DNA of 64,000 nucleotides from Octopus bimaculoides (Eukaryota): the NCBI RefSeq assembly GCF_001194135.2, contig NC_068981.1, forward strand, positions 130,255,691-130,319,690. Direction: 5' to 3'. Each line of letters starts with the position of its first letter. Position 1 is the stretch's first letter. The notes beneath the pieces were generated by a model. That model saw only the letters and a list, made by a program, of their open reading frames with translations. It did not search any database and was not told where the DNA came from. Shown one piece after another: positions 36,792 through 49,873 of the stretch. The position numbers were made by a program, and so were the translations under genes.

Positions 36792-37810
36792 CTAGCAGAG
36801 GCACCCGGCATTGCCCGGGAATTAAATTTTTCCTTACATATTGGAAGAAAAAAGCAAAATATGTTGTATAGAAATTTGTTATTCTAAATTCAAATTATTC
36901 TTTAATTGGGAAATCAATTCTGAATTCATAATACAAAATAATAGTAATAAACGAAAATACAAAATTTTCCACTTTTATGAAAGGAGATAAATTCTACTAC
37001 ATATGTTGAAGGAAATTATGTAAGAGCTTCTGGGTAAACAACATTCTTTGTTTACTGGTTTGGAGCATAGACAAATAAGTCTTGTAAACTACTACTTATC
37101 CTGGAACAACCAACATAAAGTCGACAATGAAAAACGCAAGCAAGTAGATTTCAAAGGCTGACCTTGAGCTTTATTAATAGACATTGCAAAGCAAAGTTGC
37201 ACTGGGAATTGTGTTTGTTTAAACTCAAATGGCATATCTGTTGGTTTGATTGGAATTCTTGGAATGAAAACCTCTTCTCCAGAGACACATCCAGTGATGA
37301 TGGTAGCTTCTGTCACATTAGGTGATTATGTCTTCACAATCAACCTTGTTCTATTGCATAATTTAGGAGGATCTAAATTTCTTAGAAGCATTATTGAGAC
37401 TCCAACTTTCAGAAAAAGTTTATGTGGTGGAATTCCAGGTGGCTCAAGAGAATTAAGGAACTCTATTGGGTAATGGACAGCTTGATTTTCATTAAGGACT
37501 GAATCAACTGATTTGTACTTCTTAATGACTGTTGGAATCTTATTTATTAATTCATAGGTAATCCTTGCTACTGTCTCATTTTTTGGAGTAAGAACTGCCC
37601 TTTTACACAACCATTTATGTGGATTATAATTATTACATAAGTCTGGCAATACCCTGTTCTTCAATTCAGCTGGGGAATTCATCATGATAGCAATATGAGC
37701 CAAACTGATATCACCATTCCCATCAAATGGTACTTCTCTATTTCCTAGTTTATAACAAATTAAAAACAGAACACAAAGGATATCTCGGTACACGTGTTTC
37801 AAGCTTTATA
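36792..37810 (-). mobile_element. Helitron 3' fragment (PIF1 helicase C-terminus, frameshifted) with intact 3' end
   Basis: EFLNSLEPPGIPPH, MLLRNL, IPRIP, FAMSINKAQGQ motifs; hairpin CCCGG-6nt-CCGGG (36804-36819) then CTAG|T. Confidence 0.93.
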
Positions 37811-38758
37811 AACAATCTGTTATTACATCAGCATAGGTATATTATTGATATAAAAGAGGGTTTAAAGCTCTCCTCAGCTGCAAACATTGTTAGTCCAAAG
37901 ATTACATCACAAAAGAAAAAGTACACATAGTATTACCCATTATAATAGGTTTATCACATCCCTTTGGAAAGGTATATTTGTATAAAGGTTCATTGGATTT
38001 CAAAAATCTGCCCATACTGTATCACTATTCAGCATAGAGTGAATGATAGATAGATTGGATTGAGTTTATATTTAACTAGCCATGTATAAGATAGAAAGAA
38101 AAGATAAAAGATAAAATAAAAAGTAAAAAATAAAATATAGATAATAGAAGTAAAAACAAGAGTAATAAAAGTAAAAATAAGAATAATAAAGTTAGATACA
38201 TATATTAATAAGATTTAGCAAAATTGGAATAAAGTAACAAAAGAAATAAAAACATAAAATAAAATGAGATAAAGGGATAAAATAATATAGAGCTGAGAAC
38301 AGGATGTTGGCTTGGATGAGATGTTAGGGGTCATAAATAATTTCCTAGCTTGACCACTTGGTTGAATTAGAGATTAAGGTTGTAACATGATATCATTGTG
38401 ATGAATGGTCAGTTTACCCAAATACACCACTAAAAATTACTAGCTTTATAAACTTATCTATTACATGGGTACATACACATACATAGAAGTCATAGTATAT
38501 GTATCTGTATGAGTGCGTGTGTATACACACATATACATATACTATGACTTCTATGTATGTGTATGTACCCATGTAATAGATAAATTATATGGTGCAGCTC
38601 TCTTTGGTCTTGGCTAGTTCTGAAACATTTTCATTACATTACAAAATAGATTTCTTTTGAAATGTTTTTTTTTTTTTTAAGTAGAAGGATATTTGATTGA
38701 ACTGACCCCAGCATTTTACTGGCACTTTTGATTTCTATTTCATTGTTTTCACTTTCAG

Positions 38759-38860
38759 AGTCATGTAAGTGATTCGATCCAACGTGTTGAAGATGTGCTG
38801 GACCTTAAATTTTGCACTGATGGTGTGCAGTCAGCACTGCAGAATGAAGATTATGAAAAG
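38759..38860 (+). CDS. COG4: COG4 exon 4 (102 nt; [34 protein letters not shown])
   Basis: DLKFCxDGVQ signature; TTTCAG/GTATGA. Confidence 0.96.
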
Positions 38861-41096
38861 GTATGACCTCTGATATTTTTCCTATATGTCTGTTTCTTTA
38901 TGCATACTAGGATAGTCTGTTTCAGTATAGTGTCTTGCCACTTGTTACAGTCTTTTGGAGTCTAATACACAGAGTAATAGAGAAAACCACCAATCTTTGT
39001 GGTTGTTCTTGTCATTTCCCTTTTTGAAATGTTTTTTTCTGATTGGATGCCCTTCCTATCGCCAACCCCCTTCAGCATAGGCTTTACCACCAGCAATAGA
39101 AAGGTTGTCTACCAAAACTAATATTCTGTCATAACATGACTTCAAACCTTGTTGTGGACAATTTCTTGGCTGCTGTGTTAAATGAATGCAATCTTTTCCT
39201 CAGCACATCAAGTGTTCATTGTTGATCTATTTGTTTCCATGTATATTTTGGATTCATTTATATATGAGTGTGGTATCTAAATGTGATAACTATTTTGATT
39301 GTGTATGTGTGCCTGTGTGATCACCATCATTATCATTTGCATTTGCTTTTCCATTTCCATGCTGGATTTAATTGAAATTTCATCCTGAACTGAGTCAGTT
39401 TTTCTTTGGAGCTTCTACTCTCTTAGGCATGAAGAAACTCATATCTCACTCATGTTTTATTTTTGCCATGGTTTTTTTACAACTGGATGCCCTTCATGTC
39501 TTTAGTCATTCATTCACTGGAATCAGAAAAAGTATCCCATACCTGACATGGCTTTCTCTGATCTATCTCTATTTGTTCCTTTCCTTTCCACAGAACTGGG
39601 TATATAATAATAGAGTTAATTTTTATAAATGTCTCTAGTATCAAATAAATAGCTTGAGATGAGGCCATAGAGAGTTCTCTCAATTCTACATGATATTCAT
39701 TATTACTGATAATAGGTCAACATGTTAGGCTTGTTTAGCTCTCTGGAGTTTCATGGCAGCAGTAAAGTCTGTTGGGTATAAAGGTCCTCTATTCTAGTCC
39801 ATAGTAGCAAGCTGATATGATAGTGTGTTTTATAAACAGATAGTCTTGTATCCTCTCTAATACCATGCCTATGTAATTAGTATGTTGATATTAGGGTCCA
39901 TAGTAAGGCAGCAAGCTAGCAGAGTTGCTAGCATGCCAGGCAAAGTTCTTAGTGACATTTCATCTGTCTTTACATTCTGAGTTCAAATTCTACTGAAGTC
40001 AACTTTACCATTCATCCTTTCAGGAGTCAATAAAATAAATACTAATTGAACACTGGAGTTGATGAACGCTGGAGTTACCCCTTCCCCAAAACTGCTGGCC
40101 TTGTGCCAAAAGCTGAAGCTGATGTCAGGGTTCATAGTGTCAGTGAAGGCCAGTAACTATAAAAGTTGCCCTAGTTGTTGATATCTCCATGCATAACTTA
40201 GTATATCTGTATCATAGGTTATCAAAGGAAAGCCCTTATTGGGATGTAATAGCAAATGTGCAGATAGTTATCCCAAGTGTTATCTGTCAAAGCGTTAAGG
40301 ATATATCTCTCTCTACACTACATGAACATTTGTTGTGAGTGTAATGATAAATGGTATAAAGATGTTAATGACAGACAGGCCGATACTGTCTTCAAAGTAC
40401 AAGGTAGTTCAAGGAAAGGAGAAAGATGGTGGACTCATCATGTTGGTGCTCAGGCTAATAGATCAATAACTGCTAGGCCGACATCATTAGAATTTGTAAT
40501 GACAATGAAATGGATAGAATGGACTAGCTGTTGGGTGGGGTTTTTAGGTATGCATTGTTATTTCCTGTCATGTAAGATAGTGGTGGGAGAAAGAGGGAGT
40601 TGTAGAAAAGAAGCAGAGTGACAGGAATCAGAGTAAGATGATGATGTAGTAGAGAGTAATAAAATAGACCCACTAAGGGGAGTGATGGGAACAGAGAGTG
40701 TGAAAGACAGCTACATGATGGTTGTTGGTAAGGAGAATGAATAGAAACAACATGAGTGGTAATGATTTAAGTATAAATAACAAACACCCAACTTCCCTGG
40801 ATATGTTTGACAATTGTTTGTTTGACTCAGAATTTGAAAAAATTCTGAATCAAACAGACAAGTGGTGTGATAGGGGCAAAGAAAAAGTGGTAGAAAAGAG
40901 ACTGGGTGAAGGAAGAGAGAGAGTAATAAAAGAAAATGTGGGACAGGAGAGAGAATGAGGGAGACAGCATTATATCATATGCATGTCACCAACATCATCA
41001 TCATCATGTGTATATAAATTTATGTGTGTGTTTTACATATTTACTCACAATTATATATGTTTGTATAATATACTTTTATATTTAAAACTGTTTTAG

Positions 41097-41169
41097 GCTG
41101 CTGGTCATGTCCACCGGTTCCTAAGTCTGGATGAAAATGTTCTCAGAATGGCTGGTGATGCCAGTGAAG
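41097..41169 (+). CDS. COG4: COG4 exon 5 (73 nt; AAGHVHRFLSLDENVLRMAGDASE)
   Basis: AAxHxHRxLxLD motif; TTTTAG/GTAAGG. Confidence 0.95.
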
Positions 41170-42709
41170 GTAAGGGCTTTAACATTTGGCACATCACTCC
41201 CTGATGTTTATTCTCATTGTTCAGCTGCTGGTAAAATTTTCATTCATTTTTTCTGAAGAGTCTGTTCTGCTGGAATTGTTTATTCTTTGTTGCTATCTGG
41301 TTTTAAAAAAATTTTTACCTGATATTACCTTAATTTTTTTGTTTTATCTTTTCTTTAGCTACATGTGATCCTCTGTGGATAATATTGCACTGTCTTTGGA
41401 ACTTATTCCTGTGGCTTCCCATCACCATCTTCTTTTCAATCATTGCATTTATCCTTCCAAGATTTCTTTTGAGCTCTTCAACTTGATTTTCATATCTCCA
41501 TTTTCATCATAGGCCTTTCATCCTTGCCTTTCCTTGACTTACAGCCCCCAAGAATTTCTATAGCAACAGAAGCTGTGCAGTATATGAGGTCATTTAATTC
41601 TGTTATATTTTCAATATAGAAAAGTTAACAAGTTGTCCAGCTTCTTTACTATTTCACATAGTTTTTCTGTTTTAATTCCTTTCAACGATAGTAGTCTTTT
41701 TCTTTCACTACTCCATGTCTCATTTAGCCATTAAGTAGGCTCCTTTTCTCCTCTGTAGCATCCTTTCCTTCTAAAATTTGTTTTCATCCTGGCTATTATT
41801 TCTCCCCTCAGGATTTCTTGGATTCTTTGTTATTTCTTGTTTAATCTCCTTTTCTTCTACATAGCCATGTTCTTTATCTTCAACTATTCTGGAGATCTCT
41901 TCCAGCACCAACTCAGGATAGCCACTGTCTTTTCAAAATTAAATTTTTCTAGTCTAAAAGTCTTTGTTATGTTATTGGAACATGTCATTCTCTAACCATA
42001 TTTTACCCACCCTTTTCCTGTATCCTATTTTAGCAGGCTCACTTCCAATAACATTTCATTACAGTTCTTTTGTCATTCTGAGACCATCTTCTCTTAATCT
42101 TTGCAGAAGAAGTTAAATAATAACCAGGCTCATTCTGCTGTGTAGTGGAACATTTGCTGTGTGAGAGTCCTATACTTGGGATCTGGTCACATTAATTCAG
42201 TTGTGATAATATTCAGTTGTTATTGGGATAGGATAGTAGTGTTAAAGTGTCACAACCATCTGTACTTTTAATTGAGATGTCATTTTTAGAGGGTTGCCAG
42301 CCAAAGCTAAAGAAACTCTCTGCCCTTTGCGGTAGACCTAGCTCTGAAAAGATGACTGTCATTTTTTTTTATCTGAGGGTACATTATTGCTACTATCACG
42401 AGCTAATAGTACAGTGTACAGAGGTTAATCATGATAATAAAACAGGGTTCATCAGCAACAATACTAATTGCTTGCGCCAAAATTTGAAACCATTAGGTGC
42501 ATTGTTAGCACACTGGGCAAATGGCTTTGGCATTTTGTCTGTCTTCGCATTCTGAGTTCAAATTTCACTGAGGTTGACTACCTTTCATCCTTTTTTTTTA
42601 AATATTGCTATTCAGATGCTGTAATTTATCTGTGTAGGACTGCAAAATATTTCCATATAAAAACTGTTGTTGACATATATACCAGAGACATCTTGCATTA
42701 TATTTTCAG

Positions 42710-42903
42710 GTAGTCCATTGGATACGTCATTTAAAATGTTACACGAGGCTGAAGAAAAATTGAAGACCATTGTGCGCAATAAATTTGATGCTTCTGTTCA
42801 TTCAGGTGATGTTGCATCTGTTGAACGATTCTTCAAAATTTTCCCTCTTCTACGTTTACATGAAGAAGGTTTAACCAAATTTGGAAAATACTTAGCTGCC
42901 CAG
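42710..42903 (+). CDS. COG4: COG4 exon 6 (194 nt; (G)SPLDTSFKML...VERFFKIFPLLRLHEEGLTKFGKYLAAQ)
   Basis: VERFFKIFPLL signature; TTTCAG/GTGAGT. Confidence 0.97.
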
Positions 42904-44570
42904 GTGAGTGATTACTGTTATTATTTAGCACAAAACGAAGTTTCATGTTAAATGTGAACAGCTGAAGAATATATGACTGCTGGAATATGTATAAATTCTT
43001 CCATAGACTATTTCAGTATGTCATTATCATCATCATTTAATGTCTGCTTTCCATGCTGGCTTGAGTTAGATGGTTTGAATGGAACTGGTAAGCTGGAGAG
43101 CTGCACCATGTTCTAGTCTGATTTGGCATGGTTTCTACAGCCAGATGCCCTTCCTAACACCAACCAGTCCAAGAGTGTAATGGGTACTTTTTATGTGCCA
43201 CAGTCATGGGTGCCATTTACATGATACCAGCAATGCCACAACTATGATTTCACAGGTGCCATTTACATGACACTGCCATTTACATGACACTGCCATTTAC
43301 ATGACACTGCCATTACTAGGGTTTCTCTTGGCTTGACGAGACTTCTCAAGCGCAGCATATCGCCAAGGTTTCAGTTACTTGTCATCACCTCCATGAAGCT
43401 CAGCATTCGAAGATCATGTTCCTGGCAACTTCCATGATTACAATTTCATGGGTGCCATTCACATGACACCAGTAATGGTCATGGTACCTGTTTAACCCTT
43501 TAGCATTCTGGTTACTCAACCAAAAGTAATGCTTATTTATTCACATTGTTTTGAATTAATCATACATTATCTTGTAGCTTTACAATTTTGATGATGTGAT
43601 CTTTGGATGTTGAGTCTCATTGAGGCAATGATAAATGATTGAAACTTTGGGCAATTTGCTGTGTTTGAGAAGACACGCCAAGCTAAGTAAAATTGTAGTC
43701 ATGGTCAGTGCTGGTGACACGCAAAAGGCACCCATGCCAGTGACATGTAAAAGGCACCTGTGCCAGTGACACATAAAGGGTACTTGTACTGGTGGCATGT
43801 AAAAGGCACCCAGTATACTCTGTGGTGTGGATGGTGTTAGGAAAGGCATCCAGCTATAGAAACCTAACCAGAACAGACTGGAGCCTTCACTGCTCCTGAA
43901 TGAATAGCCAGAGGAGCAGCCAACAAACAAAATTTATGGGAGAGTATATGACTTTAGCACAAAATCATTCCAACTATAATGGAAGTATCAGGTTATTAAA
44001 AATAAACACTAACACTAAATCACAGTAAGTCACTAGTAAATAATTGATATAGGTGATCAGAAGAGGATGGTAGATGTCATTTTGATTCACACTGTTATTT
44101 TCCTTATTTTTCTGGGTGTAAATTTTAACTCTTTAGTATTTAAACTGGCCATACCTGACCAGTTTTGTGCTCAAACCAGTCAGATTTGGTTTTACACACC
44201 TACCCTACAATGTCATTCTAAAAATGAACTATCAGATCATGAAAATCCCAAAGCGATCAGATGATGCATATTTATTTCAAAACAATGTGAATAAATAAGC
44301 ATTACATTTGACAGAGTAAAAAGCACCCACTACACTCTCTGAGTGGTTGGTGTTAGGAAGGGCATCCAGCTGTAGAAACTCTGCCAAATCAGATTGGAGC
44401 CTGGTGTAGCCATCTGGTTTCACCAGTCCTCAGTCAAATCGTCCAACCCATGCTAGCATGGAAAGCGGACGTTAAACGACGATGATGATGATGATGATTA
44501 TTATTATTATTTTTTTTTTTTTCAAGAAAATNNNNNNNNNNATTTTTTTTTTTTTTTTTGTATATTCCAG

Positions 44571-44727
44571 TTTTCAGAACCAGTTGGTAAAACTTTGTCT
44601 GAAAATCTAAAAATTACTGATGATGATAAGAGATCAAATATCCTGTTTGCTGATGTTATAACTACCATGTTTGAAAGAATTGCTCGTATTGTTGAAACAC
44701 ACCAGCCTCTAGTTGAAACTTTCTATG
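44571..44727 (+). CDS. COG4: COG4 exon 7 (157 nt; FSEPVGKTLSENLK...IARIVETHQPLVETFY(G))
   Basis: IARIVETHQP signature; only the TTCCAG acceptor at 44570 keeps frame; GTCAGT donor. Confidence 0.93.
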
Positions 44728-46355
44728 GTCAGTACACAATTTACACTATCATTATCATCATCACTGTTCTATTTATGTCTCCTTTTCCATTCTAGCATAG
44801 CTGTGTAGTTAAGAAGTTTGCTTTGCAACTCTGTAGTTCTGGATTGAATCAAACTGGGAGGCACATTGGGTAAATGTCTTTCACAGTAGCTTTGGGTTGG
44901 TCAGTGTCTTTCGAGTGAAATTTGGTAGACAAAAACTATGTGGAAACCTATATGATACATGTATTGAATAATACAGTTATGGGACTCACATACAGGACTT
45001 CAAGTTTCTGCATCAATGACACAATGATCACTACACCTCTTTAGCTGTTGTAAGTCCAGTGTCTGTAGCATCATAAATTACAAACATCTGTAATTAATGG
45101 TGCTATGGGCACCAGACTAACAACAGCTGAAGAGGCGCAAGGATCATAATATCATTGACACAGAAATTTCATGTCCTGTATGTTAGTCTCCATAATTGTA
45201 TCATTCAATAAATATAGTCTTCTGTTTCCAATTATATTGATGTCTACTTCTTTTGTCATCACACACGATTTGTCAATATATATATATATATATATATATA
45301 TCTATATATATATATATATTTATTTATTTATTTATTTATGTGTTTCAACCAAGTGGCTGCGGTCATGCTGGTGCAATATAATAAATCTGTAATTGTGTGA
45401 TGGTGCTATCTTTTTTGACATTAACTCTTGTTACATTATGCAGAATATCTTTCATTTTTTTAAAGATAGAAGAGTCTGATTCGAGAGAAATTTAGCTGCT
45501 ATTTCTCTAAGTTGAGTGTCCATGTAGTGGTTCCCTCCATTAGTAATGTTTGTTTTGCTCTCCTGGTATGGGTTTGATAGGTCAGCATGTTTTTGTGGAT
45601 CTTGATGCTATATCATCTCATCAAAGAAGAGTAGAAGCTCCATACTACTACACTCTTCCTACCTTTTGTTTCAGTGACCTTGGCAACCTGGCAGAAATGT
45701 TTAGCAGCATTTTTTTGGGGTTGTCATCATCATTGTTTAACGTCTGCTTTCCATGCTAGCATGGGTTGGACGATTTGACTGAGGACTGGCAAACCAGATG
45801 GCTACGCCAGGCTCCAATCTGATTTGGCAGAGTTTCTACAGCCCTTCCTAACGCCAACCACTCTGAGAGTGTAGTGGGTGCTTTTACGTGCCACCGGCAC
45901 GAAGGCCAGTCAGGCGGTACTGGCAACGGCCACACTCAAAATGGTGTATTTTATGTGCCACCTGCACAGGAGCCAGTCCGGCGGCACTAGCAACGACCTC
46001 GCTCGAATGTCTTTTCACGTGCCACCAGCACAAGTGCCGGTGAACATTCTAAATTCAGATTCTGTTAAAGTCACTCAACTTCAACTTTCATCCTTTTGGA
46101 ATTGATAAAATAAAGTACCAGTCAAGTACTGGATTAATGTAATTGATTACTCTCTCTCTCCTATAAACTGCTTGCCTTGTGCCGCAGTTAGAAAGACTTC
46201 TTATCTCATGATTCACTATATGGAAATGCTCACGTTTTGGTTATGTAAACATTATTTCAGATTTTTATTTTGAAGTAGCAACAGGTAGTTTCTAATCATT
46301 ACTGGTATATTCAGTAAGTTTTATGTTGCATTATTTCCACTCATATTTCCTACAG

Positions 46356-46462
46356 GACCCGGGAAACTTGATATCATACTGATGCTGTTACAAAAAGAAT
46401 GTGATCGACAAGCAAGAACGACCATCAAAGAATTCAAAAAGCGGCGGGATTTTGACTATAAG
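46356..46462 (+). CDS. COG4: COG4 exon 8 (107 nt; PGKLDIILMLLQKECDRQARTTIKEFKKRRDFDYK)
   Basis: LQxECDRQ motif; CTACAG/GTTAAT. Confidence 0.94.
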
Positions 46463-48151
46463 GTTAATTCAGTTTAAATCAATCAATGTGTTGCATCTAA
46501 ATGACTGTTATTTTATTATAGGTACAGATGTGTCTGTGTGGTTAAGAAGCTTGCTTCTCAGCCACAAGGGCTTGGGTTTGGTCTCACTGTGCAACATCTT
46601 GTGCAAATATTTTCTACTGCTGCTCCAGGCTGGCCAAGGCCTTGTGAGTGGATTTGATTGATGGAAACTGAAAAGAGCCTGTCATATATCCATCAAATAT
46701 GTGTATGTATGTATATATATGTATATATTTATATATATATACACACATATACACACATATATATGTGATGGATATATGATGACAGGCTCTTTAAATATAT
46801 TGTGAAGGTACATGGCTCAGTGGTTAGAACTTCAGGCTCACAGTCATGAGGTAGTTTGTTCGATTCCTGGACTGGGTTGTGTGTTGTGTTCCTGTGCGAG
46901 ATACTTTATTTCATGTTGCTCCAGTTCACTCAGCTGTAGAAATGAGTTGTGATGTCACTGGTGCCAAGCTGTATTGGACTTTACCTTTTCCTTGGATAAC
47001 ATCAGTGGTATGGAGAGGGAAGGCTGGTATGCATAGGCAACTGCTGGTCTTCCATAAATGACCTTGCCCAGACTTGTACAATCCCATGGCCATTCATGAC
47101 CAAAGGGGTTCTTTACCCTTTATTTATATATAATTCATTTTCACTTTATCAGCAGATACTTGCTGAAATATTATATAATCACAACATTGACAAGGCCATC
47201 AATTGCTGTTATACACTGCTGGTCACAATGCACTTCTAGTTCTTTCTTGATTGATCGATTCTTTTCCACCTTGACCCATATTGCTTGACTAAATTGGCCT
47301 TCTCATCATCATGGAGATTATAGAGGCCTTTTCTGATCTCTTGAATGCAACATAGCAACTGCATGGGTTCACCTGTTGTCTGAACCCTTTGACATGTCTG
47401 ACCCAGCAGAATTTATGCTTTTGGTACTCTGTGCTCACAGTGTTTACTCCACTCCATTCTTGAATTATCTCATTTCGAATGTGCTCTGACAGCTTTGAAA
47501 TCACGTGACCTAGCACTTCTGGCACCAATGTCAGATAGTTCTTATCTGCTAACAGTATATCTGTACTCTTAGCACTGTATGTCTATATGAGAAGATCTCT
47601 CAAGGCAAACTCTGCTGTAAAAGCTAATATTAATATTTCTGATAATACATTCACGTTAAGTTGCTCTGCAATCATTTCATCATCTGACATGTGGCACGTT
47701 GTGCACCTGCACAGGTAATGTCGATTTGATGGAGGGAGTGAGCTTATGTGAACACAGACATTTGATCACTATAAACAAACCGTCTGTGTGTTTGTTCGGC
47801 AAGAAATTGCAGAATCCTTATACGTCATCTAACAACAGGAGACTCTATGATATACATTTATATGTGTATGTGTGATTACGGGGGTGAATACAAAATTTGC
47901 ATACCAAACAAAATATACTTTGTAGTATTTAGTTTGGATCAAATTATTTTTCTTAATGTCAAGAGCGTCTTGCTTTTTGTTTCTTATGAGATTCATAAAG
48001 TCAGTACTACAAACAAGTATGAATATGAATAGCTAAGACTCCAGAAAGTTGGTGCTCCAGCACACTTAAAAGAAGATAAAAATTTAATTTAACGAAAGCA
48101 GTGATAAGTATTTTATTTTATTTTTTAACTTCTGTCTTATTTCTTCTTCAG

Positions 48152-48201
48152 GTCCAACAAGTTCAACAAAGCATGTTGTTCTCTAAAAGTTCCAATGAGA
48201 A
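48152..48201 (+). CDS. COG4: COG4 exon 9 (50 nt; VQQVQQSMLFSKSSNE(K))
   Basis: Strong pyrimidine tract + CAG, GTAAGT donor; phases fit exons 8 and 10. Confidence 0.88.
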
Positions 48202-49615
48202 GTAAGTATCTGTTGTTGATTCCTTGTTTTCTTTTACCATATTTCCTTCTATACCACCTCCTAACGTCATCATAAAATAGATTTCTTATATTTTGTGGGG
48301 ATGGTGTTTATTAGTTAGAATAAAGGAAACAGTTGCAAATGACCTTTGTATGCCATTCCAGATTGGTGAAATCAATGTATTTTATAGTCATATATGCTCT
48401 TGCTTTTCATAAATTACATGTTCAGTTACCGTCAAGTACTTAGACATCTTAAAAACACCTCAAAAGTACTACAACAGCATTTTACATTCATTGTCTCCCT
48501 CATCAGATGTTTGAAAATTCAGGGTATACTCAATGAAATAGCTGCTTCATCGATTTCTTTTCTATGCAGAATTAGAAGCTCCTTTAAATATATCTTGAGG
48601 TATATGCTGAAACCAGCTTATTTGTCACCGATACATATTCCCAAGTTTTCTGAATTTATAAAAAAAGTAATCAAGCAAATTAAGTTTATTCTTTCAGTTT
48701 GAAGGTTATTTAATGTAACAATGAATCTATATTGATAAGTCCATTGATTGTCTGTGTTGTCAATCTACTCATCAAAGTGTCTATGATATTTATAATAAAC
48801 AAATCCTTTCCTCATTGTTCTAAATCTTTGAGCATCATGTCCTCAGTAAGGTTGAGATGGTTGTAGCTAGATATTCTGATTAATTAGTTTGGCATATTCA
48901 GCTGCCTCCATACAATTTCATAATATTTCATGATGAAATGAGTGATTGGCCAACTATTTCTACGCTGTCAATTTGCTGAAGCCATTCAACAAAAATAACT
49001 TTAGTATTTGTTTCTTGTAAGTAGCTTGCTTACCAACCACATGGTCCCAGGTTCAGTCCATAGGCGTAGGAGTGGCTGTGTGGTAAGTAGCTTGCTTACC
49101 AACCACATGGTCCCGGGTTCAGTCCCACTGCGTGGCATCTTGGGCAAGTGTCTTCTACTATAGCCTCGGGCCGACCAAAGCCTTGTGAGTGGATTTGGTA
49201 GACGGAAGCTGAAAGAAGCCTGTCGTATATATGTATATATATATATGTATGTGTTTGTATGTCTGTGTTTGTCCCCCCCAACATCACTTGACAACCGATG
49301 CTGGTGTGTTTANNNNNNNNNNNNNNNNNNNNNNNNNNNNNNNNNNNNNNNNNNNNNNNNNNNNNNNNNNNNNNNNNNNNNNNNNNNNNNNNNNNNNNNN
49401 NNNNNNNNNNNNNNNNNNNNNNNNNNNNNNNNNNNNNNNNNNNNNNNNNNNNNNNNNNNNNNNNNNNNNNNNNNNNNNNNNNNNNNNNNNNNNNNNNNNN
49501 NNNNNNNNNNNNNNNNNNNNNNNNATTGGTTATGTATGTCTTGAATGTTTTACATTACTATACTACAAAATAAACAAGGTTAAACTGAACTGTTTTTACT
49601 GGATTATTTTTTTAG

Positions 49616-49712
49616 GCTGGATTTCAAACAGTTAGATGTGTTATTATCAGAACTGGTCTTACTGAACACCCGTGCTGAACTTTATATTCGCTTTATGAAG
49701 AAGAGATCATTG
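49616..49712 (+). CDS. COG4: COG4 exon 10 (97 nt; LDFKQLDVLLSELVLLNTRAELYIRFMKKRSL)
   Basis: LNxRxELYxRF motif; TTTTAG/GTGAGT. Confidence 0.95.
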
Positions 49713-49830
49713 GTGAGTTGTACCTTATTCTCAGCAAGCTTCTTGACTACGCAATGTTGCCTGCATCTATGCTGTGAATAATGTGATTCAGAAATAATAA
49801 CAAAAGAAAAACATATTATTTTCATTTCAG

Positions 49831-49873
49831 AATGACATTGATGTTGGCATCCAGGATGCAGAGCTAAAAAAAG
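49831..49873 (+). CDS. COG4: COG4 exon 11 (43 nt; NDIDVGIQDAELKK(E))
   Basis: TTTCAG/GTGAGA; required for frame continuity to exon 12. Confidence 0.88.

Noticed and set aside
49017-49130. 66-bp tandem duplication of a SINE head
   Set aside because: Ordinary local duplication next to a gap; no further structure
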